Of a stretch of 64,000 nucleotides of DNA, positions 18,388 to 28,580 are shown one piece after another. The notes under the pieces were generated by a model. It searched no databases. It was given only the letters and a program-made list of their open reading frames with translations, and was not told the DNA's origin. This DNA comes from a virus (taxonomy: Duplodnaviria; Caudoviricetes): positions 1,499-65,498 of the IMG/VR virus record IMGVR_UViG_3300036861_001161; one strand, written 5' to 3'. Numbering within the stretch: the first letter of the stretch is position 1; each line of letters opens with the position of its first letter. The translations under genes were made by a program, and so were the position numbers.

Positions 18388-21300
18388 CGCCTGCGTCGCA
18401 TGCCGACGAACGTCGAATTATTCAGCGTCACCTCATTGGTACTCGCGGTGCCGAAGTAACTCACCACAAACAGTTTATTCGTCATGTTCGTTGGGACGTT
18501 ATAGACCATTTGCAGCATAATACTGCCTTCCAGGACGCCCCCGAAGATCGTAATGTCCCAGATTGGCCCCAGTTGGGAATCTTCTTTGAGCATAATCTGC
18601 ATGCGATCCGTCGTCACACTGAGCTGTCCCAAGCCCTTAAACACGAACCAGAGCTGATCGCCTGCCTCCAGGGAGGGAAACAAGATGGCCGCATGCGTCA
18701 CCTCGGTATTAGTGGTACTTCCGGGATTGCTTGTCACACGAATGACTTCCGTGACCGCATTGACCGCCACGGACGGGGTCGTGACGGCCGCCGGCGCAAT
18801 CCCGGCCGTCTGGACGCCACTATCGAATCGCCACATCAGTTGCCCGGCTGCGTTATAGATGAGGAGTCCATAGTCAGGAAACCCCGCTTGCGTCAGATTC
18901 CCCATAAGCACCCGCAGCGCATTACTTCCATCCAACACTGCGATATTTTGCTGTACACCCTGCAACCGCAACTGCGGCCCCACCCCAATGCTGATGTCGG
19001 CCTGGATGGTTCCTGCGATGATTTTGTTGGCGCTCAGGTTGCTCACATGCGCATCGGTAATCAGCGCATTGGCGATTTGGGCCGACGTGGTGATGACCGC
19101 CGTATCGGTGCGTAGGTGTTGGGATGCAATGGTGGCCGCAGTGATCTTTTGTGCCGTAATGCTGTTATCGGCAATGCCGAGGGTCTGGGCCCCATCCGTG
19201 AAATTCCACATGAGCTGGCCGGCGGCATTAAAAATGCGCATCCCCCAATCCGTGGAGAGCGCGCCAAGTTTGCCGAGTTGGACGCGCGTGCCCCCAACCT
19301 GGTCAATGATAAAGATTTGTTGATTCGGACCATCAAGAAAAATTTGCGTGGCCACGCCGAGATTGACGAGCGCTTGGATCGTTCCCGCCGTGATTTTGCC
19401 TGCCGAAAGGCTACTGACATGCGCATTGGTAATAATGGCATCACGAATCTGGGCGCCCTGGGTAATCAGTTCTCCCGTAGTCACCTTGGCTGCCGTCACA
19501 ATCTGATCGCCCAGGTCATTGGTCACCGCCTGGGCACTCGTCGCACTCAGACCTGCCGTATCCGCTGGCACAAAGGTGCTGAGATTCTCGGAACTATCTT
19601 TGGCACGAAACCAGTAATACCAGGTCTGCCCGGTGAGCAGGCCCTCATGCACGAGGGATTCCCGTGCTTCCCCAACTTTATTCGCGGTCGTGCGGTTATT
19701 GATCAGCGAGGCCCAGATTTCGACTGCGACATAATCGCGGTCAGGTGGCGGGGTCCAGAGCAGGGCGATCGCCCGAAAACTCCCAAAGGCCGTGAGATTC
19801 GTCGGCGTTCCTGGCGCGACCGTATCAGTCCCGGTCGTAGTCGAGACTTCCATCGTAAACGGCGAGACATTATGGAACCGGTCAAAGGCTAGGATCCGAC
19901 AGAAGATCGTCACATTCCCAGGGACAGATTCCAACCGGACCGACGTCTGACTTTTGTCCACGCTGAACACGGTCGGGGTGAGACTCGGATCGACGCGAAA
20001 ATGGACCTCATAACCGGCCAGGTCACTTTCGGTATTGGCCGTCCAGTTCGCCTGTACCCAGGGAATGATCGTCCCATCAGCGCTGACGGTGGTGCCGGTA
20101 CTCAGGCTCAGTCCGATGGGCAAGGCGGGAGGAATGGTATCCAGACTATCGGCATTGATTGAGACGGGTGTAAAGCTGGCAATCTGGCTGCGGAGGCCTG
20201 GGCCAAACGTATCATAGGGCAGAATGTAGACGTAGTAGGTCACATCGGCAAGGAGATTGCCAGGGAAAAGTTTTTGGAATCGAATGCTCACATCCTGATA
20301 GATGGCAAGCGGCGGATTCACCGTATCCAGGTGGACTTCATAATGATCAAAATCACGTGGCTCAAAAAATTGATTATAGTCGATCAGCGCCGCCTGAAAG
20401 AGCGCTTTCACTTCCGGGATAAGGTCTGTCATGTCCGGCGGAGGGTTCGTCACAGTGATCGTTACTGGATCCAGGGATATCCGCCCGGTATTCGTGCGCG
20501 CATACACGAGAAATTGGATGGTGCGCTGGGCACCTGATTGCCCCTGCCGCACATGATCCTCAGCGTTTTGCTCTAGGGTATACGTCCATTGCACGCTTTG
20601 CCCTGGAGGTCCGGTGGAGACCGTCGTGCGGCGTAGCAGGCTCAGTTGCCCAGGCATCCAGACTTCAACGATATAATCTTGGACAAAAAACGTTGCCGAA
20701 AAGAGGGGACTATTGGCGACGGGATCCCACTCGATATGAATATCTCTGCCCTCAAATTCTGTCTCGCCAACACGTTGTCCCCGCAAGCGCAGATTGAGGA
20801 CTGTCGATGGGAAAAAATCCGGCGTCGTGGCTCCGGAGACATGGATGAGGGCTTCCCGGGCGCCGAGTTCATTCGGGACACCCCGTTGGGAGATAGGCAC
20901 CACCCGGTAAACATAGGTTACATGAGAGGTGACCGTATAATCATCAAAATCAAGGATATGCCCGGTCACCTGAAAGAGGGGCGCATAGTTCAGATTGCTA
21001 TCCTGCTGGGAGACACCCGCCTGGGCGATGCCGGCGGCAGCAATCCCTGCCAGATCCCCACTCAGGACCGTCCGCCGAAACACCATCGCGCCGCCATAGG
21101 GGGCAAAGCCAGCAGTCAGCGCGGCTACATCCCAGGAAATGTTGACCACATGCAAGGAGGCACCACTTGGCTGAATGCGCGTGACTTCCGTGAGAATGAG
21201 CGAGGTGATAGCCGGAGGCGGCCCGAGCGGATTAAATAGCACTGTTGTTACTGGGAGTGGCGAGGCATTCGGCTCATCATAGATGGAGGGATTATGAATG

Positions 21301-23504
21301 ACGGCCTGCAAAGTGAGCGTCGTCGCACTCGAGCGTTTCAGGTTGACGACGCGAAAGACTTTGACAGCGCTATCCGCGACACCGACTACGGCGCCAAAGG
21401 CCCAGAGACTGGTCCTGGGCGCGGGGGTCTGGCCGAGGGGGGTTGCCAGCGCCAGCGTGGTGGCCGGGCCATCGCCAAAGTAGATGACCGGACGCATCTC
21501 CACTACGTCGTTCTCATGGCGCACATACACGAGATAGGACTGTGCACCGACAAAGGTGACCGTCTCATCCAGGGTGAGCATCGTCATGGTGCTGCCGGCC
21601 TGGACGCGGCCTGACACGCCCCAGCCGGGGAGGGGATGCGCGAAGCGCAAGAGATCATGGGGTTGTAAGACCAGCGCATCGAGGGCGCAGGTACATTCGA
21701 GCGTCAAGGTTTCATACCGGCGCCGGTTCAGCTCAAATTGGAGCGCTCGCATAATGCGCGAGGCCTTGGTTACGCCACGGATCTCCAGACTGGCTTTCCG
21801 AACATCAGCAGGCCAGTTGTCCATCGTCGGCCAGGTCAGGACGTCCTGTTGAAACTCATTGTCCTGATTCGCGTAGCGAGCCTCCATCACATTGATGCGG
21901 TCCACATCGCGGGTATAGGTGAGCTTGAGATCACTGCAATTGGCCCAGGAGAGCAATTGCACAGGGGGATCGTCGCGCGTGGGACGCGGAGTCCAGAGCC
22001 CTTCACTCTTAAAGAGCAGTGTCCGACTCGCCCCCTGCATTTCCAGTACTGCCGATTGCGCACGACTGTCACGGTCCAGCACATAGTTAAACGTATGGCG
22101 GGTTTCCCCATCAATCACCTGGTCACAATAGGCAGCCCAGGCGGCAAACGCGCCCAGGTCAATCTCAGCATCAGGAATCCCCAGGCCATAGCGCGTATCC
22201 GTGAGGAAATCCATCATGCACCAGGCCGGATTATCCGACCAGGTCAGCCCGGACGCGAATGATCCGACACGCACTGTACGTCCGCGCACATCAAGGGTAA
22301 TGTTGGGCAGGGCACCCTGGAGGGCATTCGTGGCGACCGAGCGCAAGCCAAGCAACGCGGTATTGGGATAGGTCTGGATGTTCTGTTGGATCTCGGTCAC
22401 AGACTCAAGGGTGGGCTTCCAGCGGTCGCGTTGCTCATTATTGTTCTTGACAGCGACCAGCGCCAGACGAATGTCATACGTCCCCAGGGGCAGGCCTTCC
22501 CGACGAATACCCAGCCGTACGGGACTGGTACGGGCGGCCGTGATATCCCAGTCCAGGGGACCATTCCAGCCCTCAGCATTGCGTTGATAGTAATACCGGA
22601 CGCTGACCGCATTGTCTTCTTTGTTGCCATCACTTGTAAAATGGTACAGTCCTTCATTAAATACGATATTCAGAATAAACGCCTGCACGGGTACTGTGGT
22701 CGTATAGATGATCTCATTCGTGGGAATCTCACGCCCATCCGCAAACGTCTGGCGCGTCTCCCCAAAGGCCGGCAGGGGGCCTTGATCGGACGTGCCCAGG
22801 GCAAACGACGGCACTACGCCAGGGAAATTGGCCAGCGGCTGCCCATTAATTTGGATGGTCTCCGGGAGCAATGTCGCGTCAATCGGGCCTTCACCGAGAG
22901 CAATAAGCATGGTCAACGTCGGCGGAGTCGCGACGGCCGTCAGGCTGCGCTGCGATTGCCCGACATCGACGACGGTCATGGCCTGATCCACCGACGCGCT
23001 GAGCAGTTGCCCGCCGACCCGATGCCGGCCATAGATCACGGGCACCACTGCTCCAGGGCCAATCGCGGTGCGAATCCCTTCCCAGCTGAAGGTGGCCTCA
23101 TCCGGGGCCTGGATATGCGGTTTTGCGGGAGGGAAGAGCAGGTAAGTCAGACCTGTCACAGCAAGGGAGACGGCGAGGCCGACGGCGAAGGTAATCAGCA
23201 GTGCGGGCGTGACGACGGGATCACCCCAGCGCGGAATGACCAGTATCTCATCGCCTGGGCGCAGAGTCAGCGAGAGGTATTCTTCATCGAGAAGCACCCG
23301 TCCATTCAGGATAATACGTTCTGCCGTCAGGGTATCATAGAATGTGAGAACATCAATGACAGTGCCAGGCAATGGGATCTCTGTGCGCCAGATGCGCCAG
23401 GAACCATCCGCAGCCCGGATGGGGGAGCAGAGGATTGCGAGCGTGGCGGTCGCCACAGACTGCAATTCAGGATCGCATATTTCAGGAATGAGGGCTGTAG
23501 CCAT
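18384..23504 (-). CDS. Central tail fibre / host-specificity protein J-like (with N-terminal gpI-like region)
   Basis: VPVIYGRHRVGGQL, ALGEGPI, WSDNPAWCMMDFLT..RYGLG, and FN3 domains (W..NTESDLAGYEV). Follows the NlpC gene. Confidence 0.9.
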   Translation of the reverse strand: MATALIPEICDPELQSVATATLAILCSPIRAADGSWRIWRTEIPLPGTVIDVLTFYDTLTAERIILNGRVLLDEEYLSLTLRPGDEILVIPRWGDPVVTPALLITFAVGLAVSLAVTGLTYLLFPPAKPHIQAPDEATFSWEGIRTAIGPGAVVPVIYGRHRVGGQLLSASVDQAMTVVDVGQSQRSLTAVATPPTLTMLIALGEGPIDATLLPETIQINGQPLANFPGVVPSFALGTSDQGPLPAFGETRQTFADGREIPTNEIIYTTTVPVQAFILNIVFNEGLYHFTSDGNKEDNAVSVRYYYQRNAEGWNGPLDWDITAARTSPVRLGIRREGLPLGTYDIRLALVAVKNNNEQRDRWKPTLESVTEIQQNIQTYPNTALLGLRSVATNALQGALPNITLDVRGRTVRVGSFASGLTWSDNPAWCMMDFLTDTRYGLGIPDAEIDLGAFAAWAAYCDQVIDGETRHTFNYVLDRDSRAQSAVLEMQGASRTLLFKSEGLWTPRPTRDDPPVQLLSWANCSDLKLTYTRDVDRINVMEARYANQDNEFQQDVLTWPTMDNWPADVRKASLEIRGVTKASRIMRALQFELNRRRYETLTLECTCALDALVLQPHDLLRFAHPLPGWGVSGRVQAGSTMTMLTLDETVTFVGAQSYLVYVRHENDVVEMRPVIYFGDGPATTLALATPLGQTPAPRTSLWAFGAVVGVADSAVKVFRVVNLKRSSATTLTLQAVIHNPSIYDEPNASPLPVTTVLFNPLGPPPAITSLILTEVTRIQPSGASLHVVNISWDVAALTAGFAPYGGAMVFRRTVLSGDLAGIAAAGIAQAGVSQQDSNLNYAPLFQVTGHILDFDDYTVTSHVTYVYRVVPISQRGVPNELGAREALIHVSGATTPDFFPSTVLNLRLRGQRVGETEFEGRDIHIEWDPVANSPLFSATFFVQDYIVEVWMPGQLSLLRRTTVSTGPPGQSVQWTYTLEQNAEDHVRQGQSGAQRTIQFLVYARTNTGRISLDPVTITVTNPPPDMTDLIPEVKALFQAALIDYNQFFEPRDFDHYEVHLDTVNPPLAIYQDVSIRFQKLFPGNLLADVTYYVYILPYDTFGPGLRSQIASFTPVSINADSLDTIPPALPIGLSLSTGTTVSADGTIIPWVQANWTANTESDLAGYEVHFRVDPSLTPTVFSVDKSQTSVRLESVPGNVTIFCRILAFDRFHNVSPFTMEVSTTTGTDTVAPGTPTNLTAFGSFRAIALLWTPPPDRDYVAVEIWASLINNRTTANKVGEARESLVHEGLLTGQTWYYWFRAKDSSENLSTFVPADTAGLSATSAQAVTNDLGDQIVTAAKVTTGELITQGAQIRDAIITNAHVSSLSAGKITAGTIQALVNLGVATQIFLDGPNQQIFIIDQVGGTRVQLGKLGALSTDWGMRIFNAAGQLMWNFTDGAQTLGIADNSITAQKITAATIASQHLRTDTAVITTSAQIANALITDAHVSNLSANKIIAGTIQADISIGVGPQLRLQGVQQNIAVLDGSNALRVLMGNLTQAGFPDYGLLIYNAAGQLMWRFDSGVQTAGIAPAAVTTPSVAVNAVTEVIRVTSNPGSTTNTEVTHAAILFPSLEAGDQLWFVFKGLGQLSVTTDRMQIMLKEDSQLGPIWDITIFGGVLEGSIMLQMVYNVPTNMTNKLFVVSYFGTASTNEVTLNNSTFVGMRRRR

Positions 23505-23525
23505 GGATTCTCAATGAGTAGATGC

Positions 23526-23573
23526 AGTCACATAGTCACATAGACGTATAGTCACATAAATACATAATCACAC
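23526..23573. repeat. Six tandem degenerate 8-bp repeats (consensus AGTCACAT)
   Basis: AGTCACAT AGTCACAT AGACGTAT AGTCACAT AAATACAT AATCACAC, directly upstream of the J-like gene. Confidence 0.75.
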
Positions 23574-23618
23574 GGGTCCATAATAGTCGCGAATAATTTG
23601 GAGATCGTGTTCATTAGA

Positions 23619-24017
23619 TCACTCCATCAGTCTTCGTAACCGCGCGACTTGTAACAATTTTGGCCGCCACCTACGCAGGCGTTCTATCGCCACGCCGGTC
23701 GCTGCCGTTCTGGCATGGACGAAAGTGGTCTCATCCACGACGAGGCCAACATGGGTGCTCCAGGGCCGATCATCGCGCTCGCAACAGATGTACAAGTCCC
23801 AGGGTTGCACGAGCGTTAACGGATTGCGCTCGTCGCCGCGAAACCAGATCTCGCCCATAATCGTGGCGGCCTGGGTGGGCTGCTCGGCAATGTCGAGGGC
23901 AAAACCTTCGATGAGCAGACGACGAACCAGGCCCCAGCAATCGTAGGCCTCATATGACGTGCCGAGCAGAGGGTCGACGAGTTCGCGAATATTGGGAAGC
24001 CGAAGAGCCTGATTCAT
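23619..24017 (-). CDS. NlpC/P60 tail-tip protein (gpK-like)
   Basis: YDCWGLVRR...HVGLVVD...FVHA catalytic Cys/His pattern. Confidence 0.85.
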   Translation of the reverse strand: MNQALRLPNIRELVDPLLGTSYEAYDCWGLVRRLLIEGFALDIAEQPTQAATIMGEIWFRGDERNPLTLVQPWDLYICCERDDRPWSTHVGLVVDETTFVHARTAATGVAIERLRRWRPKLLQVARLRRLME

Positions 24018-24045
24018 GTCATACCTACTCTATAGTTCAATTAGA

Positions 24046-24555
24046 TTAATTCCTTCTTGGTATATTCTGAAAACCGGAACTGGAGGTGAATCGACGTCTT
24101 GGAACTGTCGCGGTCAGCGTCACCCCTTCAGCTTGGAGGTCAAGTGTTGCCGTGATAAGATCGGTGGTCACTGATACCACCGTAAATACTTGGCCGGAGC
24201 TAAAAGGACTTTGATCAGGTTGCTGGGCATCGATTTCAAATATTGTTACCCGCCAATCGGGATCAGCCGCCTGTGCCCAATAATTCTCCAGTAAAGATTG
24301 AAAAGTTTGATCCACGTTCGCCGCCGTGACGCGAATATTCACTAAGGCCGCGGTGGTGGCTTCCTCCAGGCTATCCACGGTCACGGGGAAGCGTAAGTAG
24401 GTGAATCCATGAAACACAATATCCTGGTCATAGTTGACGAGGCGAAAGGGGACTGGAGCGCCTTGAATATCGACGAGAAAAGCCCAGGTCCAAACGTGGT
24501 CACTCTCGAGCCGGTTCTTCTCGATGGCGAGAGCTGCAGAGAGCAAACGGGCCAT
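24046..24555 (-). CDS. Tail-tip protein L-like (DUF1833-like)
   Basis: RLVNYDQDIVF.G.TY..FP...V...NVD...PRRRF, located between the distal-tail and NlpC genes. Confidence 0.75.
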   Translation of the reverse strand: MARLLSAALAIEKNRLESDHVWTWAFLVDIQGAPVPFRLVNYDQDIVFHGFTYLRFPVTVDSLEEATTAALVNIRVTAANVDQTFQSLLENYWAQAADPDWRVTIFEIDAQQPDQSPFSSGQVFTVVSVTTDLITATLDLQAEGVTLTATVPRRRFTSSSGFQNIPRRN

Positions 24556-24687
24556 GCAGGGAGCCTTTCTGTCCCCGACGTATCACGGGGGGAAAAGGCT
24601 CCCTCTACTACTGACGAGGCGTAGAGGAGATACCTAAGACATCGTGCATTGCTGAGAGAACAAAGGGTTTGAGCTTCTTCTTGCCCC

Positions 24688-25272
24688 CTAAAACACCTCT
24701 TCAATCAAGACGGTCCAGGAATAATAGCCACTACGGCGATTGACCGAGATCACTTGATCCGGTCCGATGATCGTGGCCGGCGTCGGGGCCGTGTCTTCCG
24801 CATAGACCACAATGGCATTCGGCAGATATTGCACAACGCTCACCTGCCCTCCTGGGCCAGCCCCAGAGGACCCATTGAGGGCCAGCGTGGCGGCGTCCAG
24901 CCGCGTGATTTGCCAGAAACCAATGAGGGACGATGGCCCGCTGACAATCCCGAGCCACTGGCCGGTAATCAAGCCGTGGGCATAACTCAGCAGCACGGGA
25001 GTGGTGGCCTGAAACGTGGCAATATCAATAGCTGTAGGATGCCAAAATTGACACGGGATCACATTGGCCCGCTGCGTCAGAATAAAATCACGAATGATGC
25101 GGAGCGCTTCCGTCGTCTGCCCAAGATAGTCGAGAGTGTAGCGACGCCGGGGACGACTCGTGCGTGCGCGCCTGACCGTATAGCCTGCATCGACCTGATA
25201 GGATAATACCGGGTCGATAATGGCCGGGGCTGAGACATGGGAGGGCACGGGAGCTAACGGGAAAAGGGCCAT
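24688..25272 (-). CDS. Distal tail protein (gpM/Dit-like) with an inserted beta domain
   Basis: Follows the tape measure gene. GYTVRRARTSRPRRRYTL.Y...F.HP...IEEVF. Confidence 0.75.
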   Translation of the reverse strand: MALFPLAPVPSHVSAPAIIDPVLSYQVDAGYTVRRARTSRPRRRYTLDYLGQTTEALRIIRDFILTQRANVIPCQFWHPTAIDIATFQATTPVLLSYAHGLITGQWLGIVSGPSSLIGFWQITRLDAATLALNGSSGAGPGGQVSVVQYLPNAIVVYAEDTAPTPATIIGPDQVISVNRRSGYYSWTVLIEEVF

Positions 25273-25286
25273 AGCTCATCTCCTGC

Positions 25287-28214
25287 CTAGCGGGCCGTGG
25301 TGCGCATCATCCTGACAATCGGACTCCGTTCCCCTTGCGCCATATTCATGAGCACCTCGTTTATAATGGCCTCCCGACCGAGCGCGCGCTGGCGACCTGC
25401 TTCCTCTTCAGCTTGTTCCCGTGTCACGACGTTGATGATGGCGATATTGTTTGCCGCCTGGCCCCCGGCAGAAGGCCCCGCCCGAAACGCCTCGCTCATC
25501 AGCGCCTTCATCTGTGGTTGGTTCAACACGTACTCAGGATTCATCGCAGGATTCTCCCCTGCAAGGATGTTGGTGGGTTTGTTCACAATGGCGCCGCCCT
25601 GTGTAAAGAGCAGCGGCGGCGGATTGAGCGGCGCGGTGCCCCCTGGTCCCCCAATGTACTCGGCGCCCCCAGCCGGCGTTGTGGTCAGCCCGGACGTCAC
25701 CCCACCAAGGATGAGCCCGGTTCCAAACCGAATCAATGCCCGGAAGGCTTCCTGGGAGGCAATCTGCGCCATCGATTGGAGGATCGACTGCGCCATGGCG
25801 CGAAAGGCACCAGCCACCGTAGCAGTCCCATTCGCAATACTCAGCAGGGCATTGGTCCAGGCGCTCCCAACGGCATTGCCAAACTGCTCAAAAAGTTCAG
25901 CAACCTTGTTGAGGCGCTCCTGGGCGGTGATCTGGGCACGCAAGCGCTCGGCGCGCTCCCGGCCTTCCGGCGTCACAATCTTGGCGTCCTCCAGCTGGCG
26001 CAAGCGCACATCAAGCCGCTCATCCTTGGGGGCACGCAGCTGGTCGAGGGTTCCTTGCAGTTTGGCGAGGGCTTCCGCTTCGGTGCGGGCGGCTTTCTGC
26101 GCATCGGTATACAACCTGAAACTGTTGGCAGCTTCCTCGACGAGTCCAGGCACCTTCGCCATAACGGCGGTACTGGCCTGGATGGCTTCGTTGAGCCGTT
26201 CGGCTTCTTCGGCAGACTCAGTTTGGCGTAAACGGGCCGTCAGCATCGTCGCCGTATCGGCATCGCGCGCTTCTTTCGTCAGGCCGTACTGCGCAGCAAG
26301 ACGTTGGAGACGCTCCAGCGCGCGAGTATCAGCTTGTTCCACCCGCTTGCTCGCAGCTTCAACCGCGCTGGCCATTGCTGCCTCGGCCTGTTCCTGCTCC
26401 CGTACGCGCTGACGGGCATCCTGCAGGGCTTGCTGCATGGATTTTTCTGCGTCCTGCTCGGCCTCCCGCTCACGTTCATGAACCCGCTGCCGGATAGTCT
26501 GGACTTCGGTTTTTGCCTGTTGAGGAAGTTCCTTTTCGGCTTGCAGCGCGGCTGAAATGTCATTGGCGCCTGCCATAAGTGTGGCCAGCCGGGGACCAAT
26601 TGCCTGAAGGAGTTCAGGTGAGAACTTACTAATCTCGACTTCCAGCTGTTGGAGGGTCTTGTTCCAGGCCTCGAGTTTTTCCTTGTTTGCGTCAACGCCC
26701 GTCAGGATACCGGCCGTTTTATCAAACTTCTCGAGCGCCTTCGTGCCTTCCTCAAGCTTCTTGATAATCTCATCAAGAACCGTTTCCACTGGACCAGGTC
26801 CGGTTGCTCCCGCGCCGCCTTCGGCTTGGAGCCGCGCCTGGAAGGCCGCAATCGCGCCAGGAACTTTCGAGTCACCAGTCCGTCCCGCCTGCGCCTCCTG
26901 GAGTTGTTGGAGGCGCGCGCGCATCTCCTCAATCATGGGACCGGGGCTCGCCCCTTGCCGTTCAAGACCTGCCCGCTGCTTGAGGAGTTCATTGAGCGCA
27001 AAGCGCAGGTCTTCAATCTCTTGCTGCCGGGCACGAATATCGGGTGAAAGCTTCTCCAACCCAGGAGGTACAGGACGAATCGGCCCCCCAAGCTGCTTTT
27101 CGCGGTCTTCGGCCCCTTTGCGCAAGGAGGCAAGAAGGTTCGCCGCCGTATCGGCCAGGCTTTGTAAGAGGGTGAGCAAGCCCGACGAGGCAATATTGTC
27201 TTTCAGGAGCGTCAGTTCATTGCCGAGCCGGGTAAACGCTGCGGTCGTGGACTGACTCGCTGCATCGGCCGCACCACCCAGCTCCATCCGGAGTTGCTCC
27301 GCCAGCTTTTCGACAAAGGGAATCGCCTCGACGGTACCCGTGCGTATCATCTTTTCCAGCTCTTGCGTCGTCACGCCCATGGCGCGGGCCGCGATCTGGA
27401 ACGCGCCTGGCAGGGCATTCCCAAGCTGGCGCCGGAGCTCCTCCATCGACACAGTACCCTTGGAGATCATCTGCTCTAATGCGAGCAGTGCACTATGGGT
27501 CTGCTGACTGCTCGCTCCCATCGCACGACTGGCCATCGTCACCGCTTCGAAGACGCGTTGGCCCCGATCCCCTTCCAGCACGGTACCGCGGATAGCCCCA
27601 GCAAAGTTGCGGAAGGCGGCCGTCGTTTGGAGGGTATCAATGCCGAGACGATTGGAGAGGGAAATGAGGGTGGCGAACGTGCGTTCCCCCTGGGTTTGTC
27701 CACCCGTGAGGGCCGCCATGCCAAGGCGCAGGAGTTCGAGCTTCGCGCCGGTCTCCACGATGGAAACGGCAAACTGCCGCAACTCGCCAATCACAGCCCG
27801 TAGCGAGGTCGCAATGCCGAGCCCGCCCGCCACCCCGAGCATCGTCCGCCAGACGTCCTGAGCCCGCCGGGCTTCTTCGTTGGCCTGGCGTTGTTCTTCC
27901 CGTTGTTGGCGGGTCGCTTCGCGCAGCACGTCTTGCTGTTTGGTATAGGCGAGGGCGGCAGTCGAAGTTTGGGTATAAGCCTGCGTGCTTTCACGGACGG
28001 CTTCAGCGAGGGCTTTCAGGGACGCCGCCGTCTGGGCACTCCCTTGCGCGGCACCCTGCTGCGCCTGGTGCATCTGGCTCAGAGCCTGCTGGACCTGTGC
28101 GACGGCTTGCGTGAGTTGCGTAAGCTGCTGGAGCGCCTGCTGCATCTGGCGTTGGAAGTCAGATGTATCAGCCCTAAGTCTGGCTGTAATATCGCCGATG
28201 GAGATGTCAGCCAC
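25287..28214 (-). CDS. Tail tape measure protein
   Basis: IGDITARLRADTSDF start, tape_meas motif LEQMISKGTVSMEELRRQLG..LPGAFQIAARAMG, and long helical content. Start codon is GTG. Confidence 0.95.
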   Translation of the reverse strand: MADISIGDITARLRADTSDFQRQMQQALQQLTQLTQAVAQVQQALSQMHQAQQGAAQGSAQTAASLKALAEAVRESTQAYTQTSTAALAYTKQQDVLREATRQQREEQRQANEEARRAQDVWRTMLGVAGGLGIATSLRAVIGELRQFAVSIVETGAKLELLRLGMAALTGGQTQGERTFATLISLSNRLGIDTLQTTAAFRNFAGAIRGTVLEGDRGQRVFEAVTMASRAMGASSQQTHSALLALEQMISKGTVSMEELRRQLGNALPGAFQIAARAMGVTTQELEKMIRTGTVEAIPFVEKLAEQLRMELGGAADAASQSTTAAFTRLGNELTLLKDNIASSGLLTLLQSLADTAANLLASLRKGAEDREKQLGGPIRPVPPGLEKLSPDIRARQQEIEDLRFALNELLKQRAGLERQGASPGPMIEEMRARLQQLQEAQAGRTGDSKVPGAIAAFQARLQAEGGAGATGPGPVETVLDEIIKKLEEGTKALEKFDKTAGILTGVDANKEKLEAWNKTLQQLEVEISKFSPELLQAIGPRLATLMAGANDISAALQAEKELPQQAKTEVQTIRQRVHEREREAEQDAEKSMQQALQDARQRVREQEQAEAAMASAVEAASKRVEQADTRALERLQRLAAQYGLTKEARDADTATMLTARLRQTESAEEAERLNEAIQASTAVMAKVPGLVEEAANSFRLYTDAQKAARTEAEALAKLQGTLDQLRAPKDERLDVRLRQLEDAKIVTPEGRERAERLRAQITAQERLNKVAELFEQFGNAVGSAWTNALLSIANGTATVAGAFRAMAQSILQSMAQIASQEAFRALIRFGTGLILGGVTSGLTTTPAGGAEYIGGPGGTAPLNPPPLLFTQGGAIVNKPTNILAGENPAMNPEYVLNQPQMKALMSEAFRAGPSAGGQAANNIAIINVVTREQAEEEAGRQRALGREAIINEVLMNMAQGERSPIVRMMRTTAR

Positions 28215-28224
28215 AATTTAGCCC

Positions 28225-28296
28225 TTGCGTATTTACGTATTCAGAGCTATGCTAGGAGCACTCTTAGTAAAGGAGCACTCTTAGTAAAGGAGCACT
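28225..28296 (+). promoter_or_regulatory. Sigma70-type promoter followed by 2.5 tandem 17-bp repeats
   Basis: TTGCGT-17bp-TATGCT (28225-28253), then AGGAGCACTCTTAGTAA twice plus AGGAGCACT (28254-28296). Confidence 0.65.
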
Positions 28297-28300
28297 GCGA

Positions 28301-28579
28301 ATGCCGAACGGTCGTTCCCATGCCAATATTTCACTGTCAACCCCCCTCTGGCGTCTGTTTCGCAAGGGGTGTCTCGATCACGAAACCTCAGCCAGTAAGG
28401 AGATAGAGCGATTCATCTCTACCCAATTACTCGCGTGGCATCTCCTGCCGCCTCTCCAAAAAGAAGGACCAGATGCTTTGGACAGGGCGGATGCTGCGTC
28501 CATCGTGACCTTTACGTCGATACTTCAGCAGGCAGGTGAGATCTTTGATACACTCTGTCCTGCAAAGAAAGGTCCATAA
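28301..28579 (+). CDS. Ribbon-helix-helix-like regulator (moron)
   Basis: ANISLSTPLWRLFRKGC.....SASKEIERFI strand-helix-helix pattern. Has its own promoter. Confidence 0.55.
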   Translation: MPNGRSHANISLSTPLWRLFRKGCLDHETSASKEIERFISTQLLAWHLLPPLQKEGPDALDRADAASIVTFTSILQQAGEIFDTLCPAKKGP

Positions 28580-28580
28580 C

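Noticed and set aside
24590-24630. Hammerhead ribozyme (GAAA...CTGACGA on the plus strand)
   Set aside because: Only about 15 nt separate the core motifs, too few for stems I and III, and no downstream GAAA closes stem II.
28254-28296. 17-bp direct repeats as a mini CRISPR array
   Set aside because: The repeats are head-to-tail with no spacers, too short, and there are no cas genes in the window.
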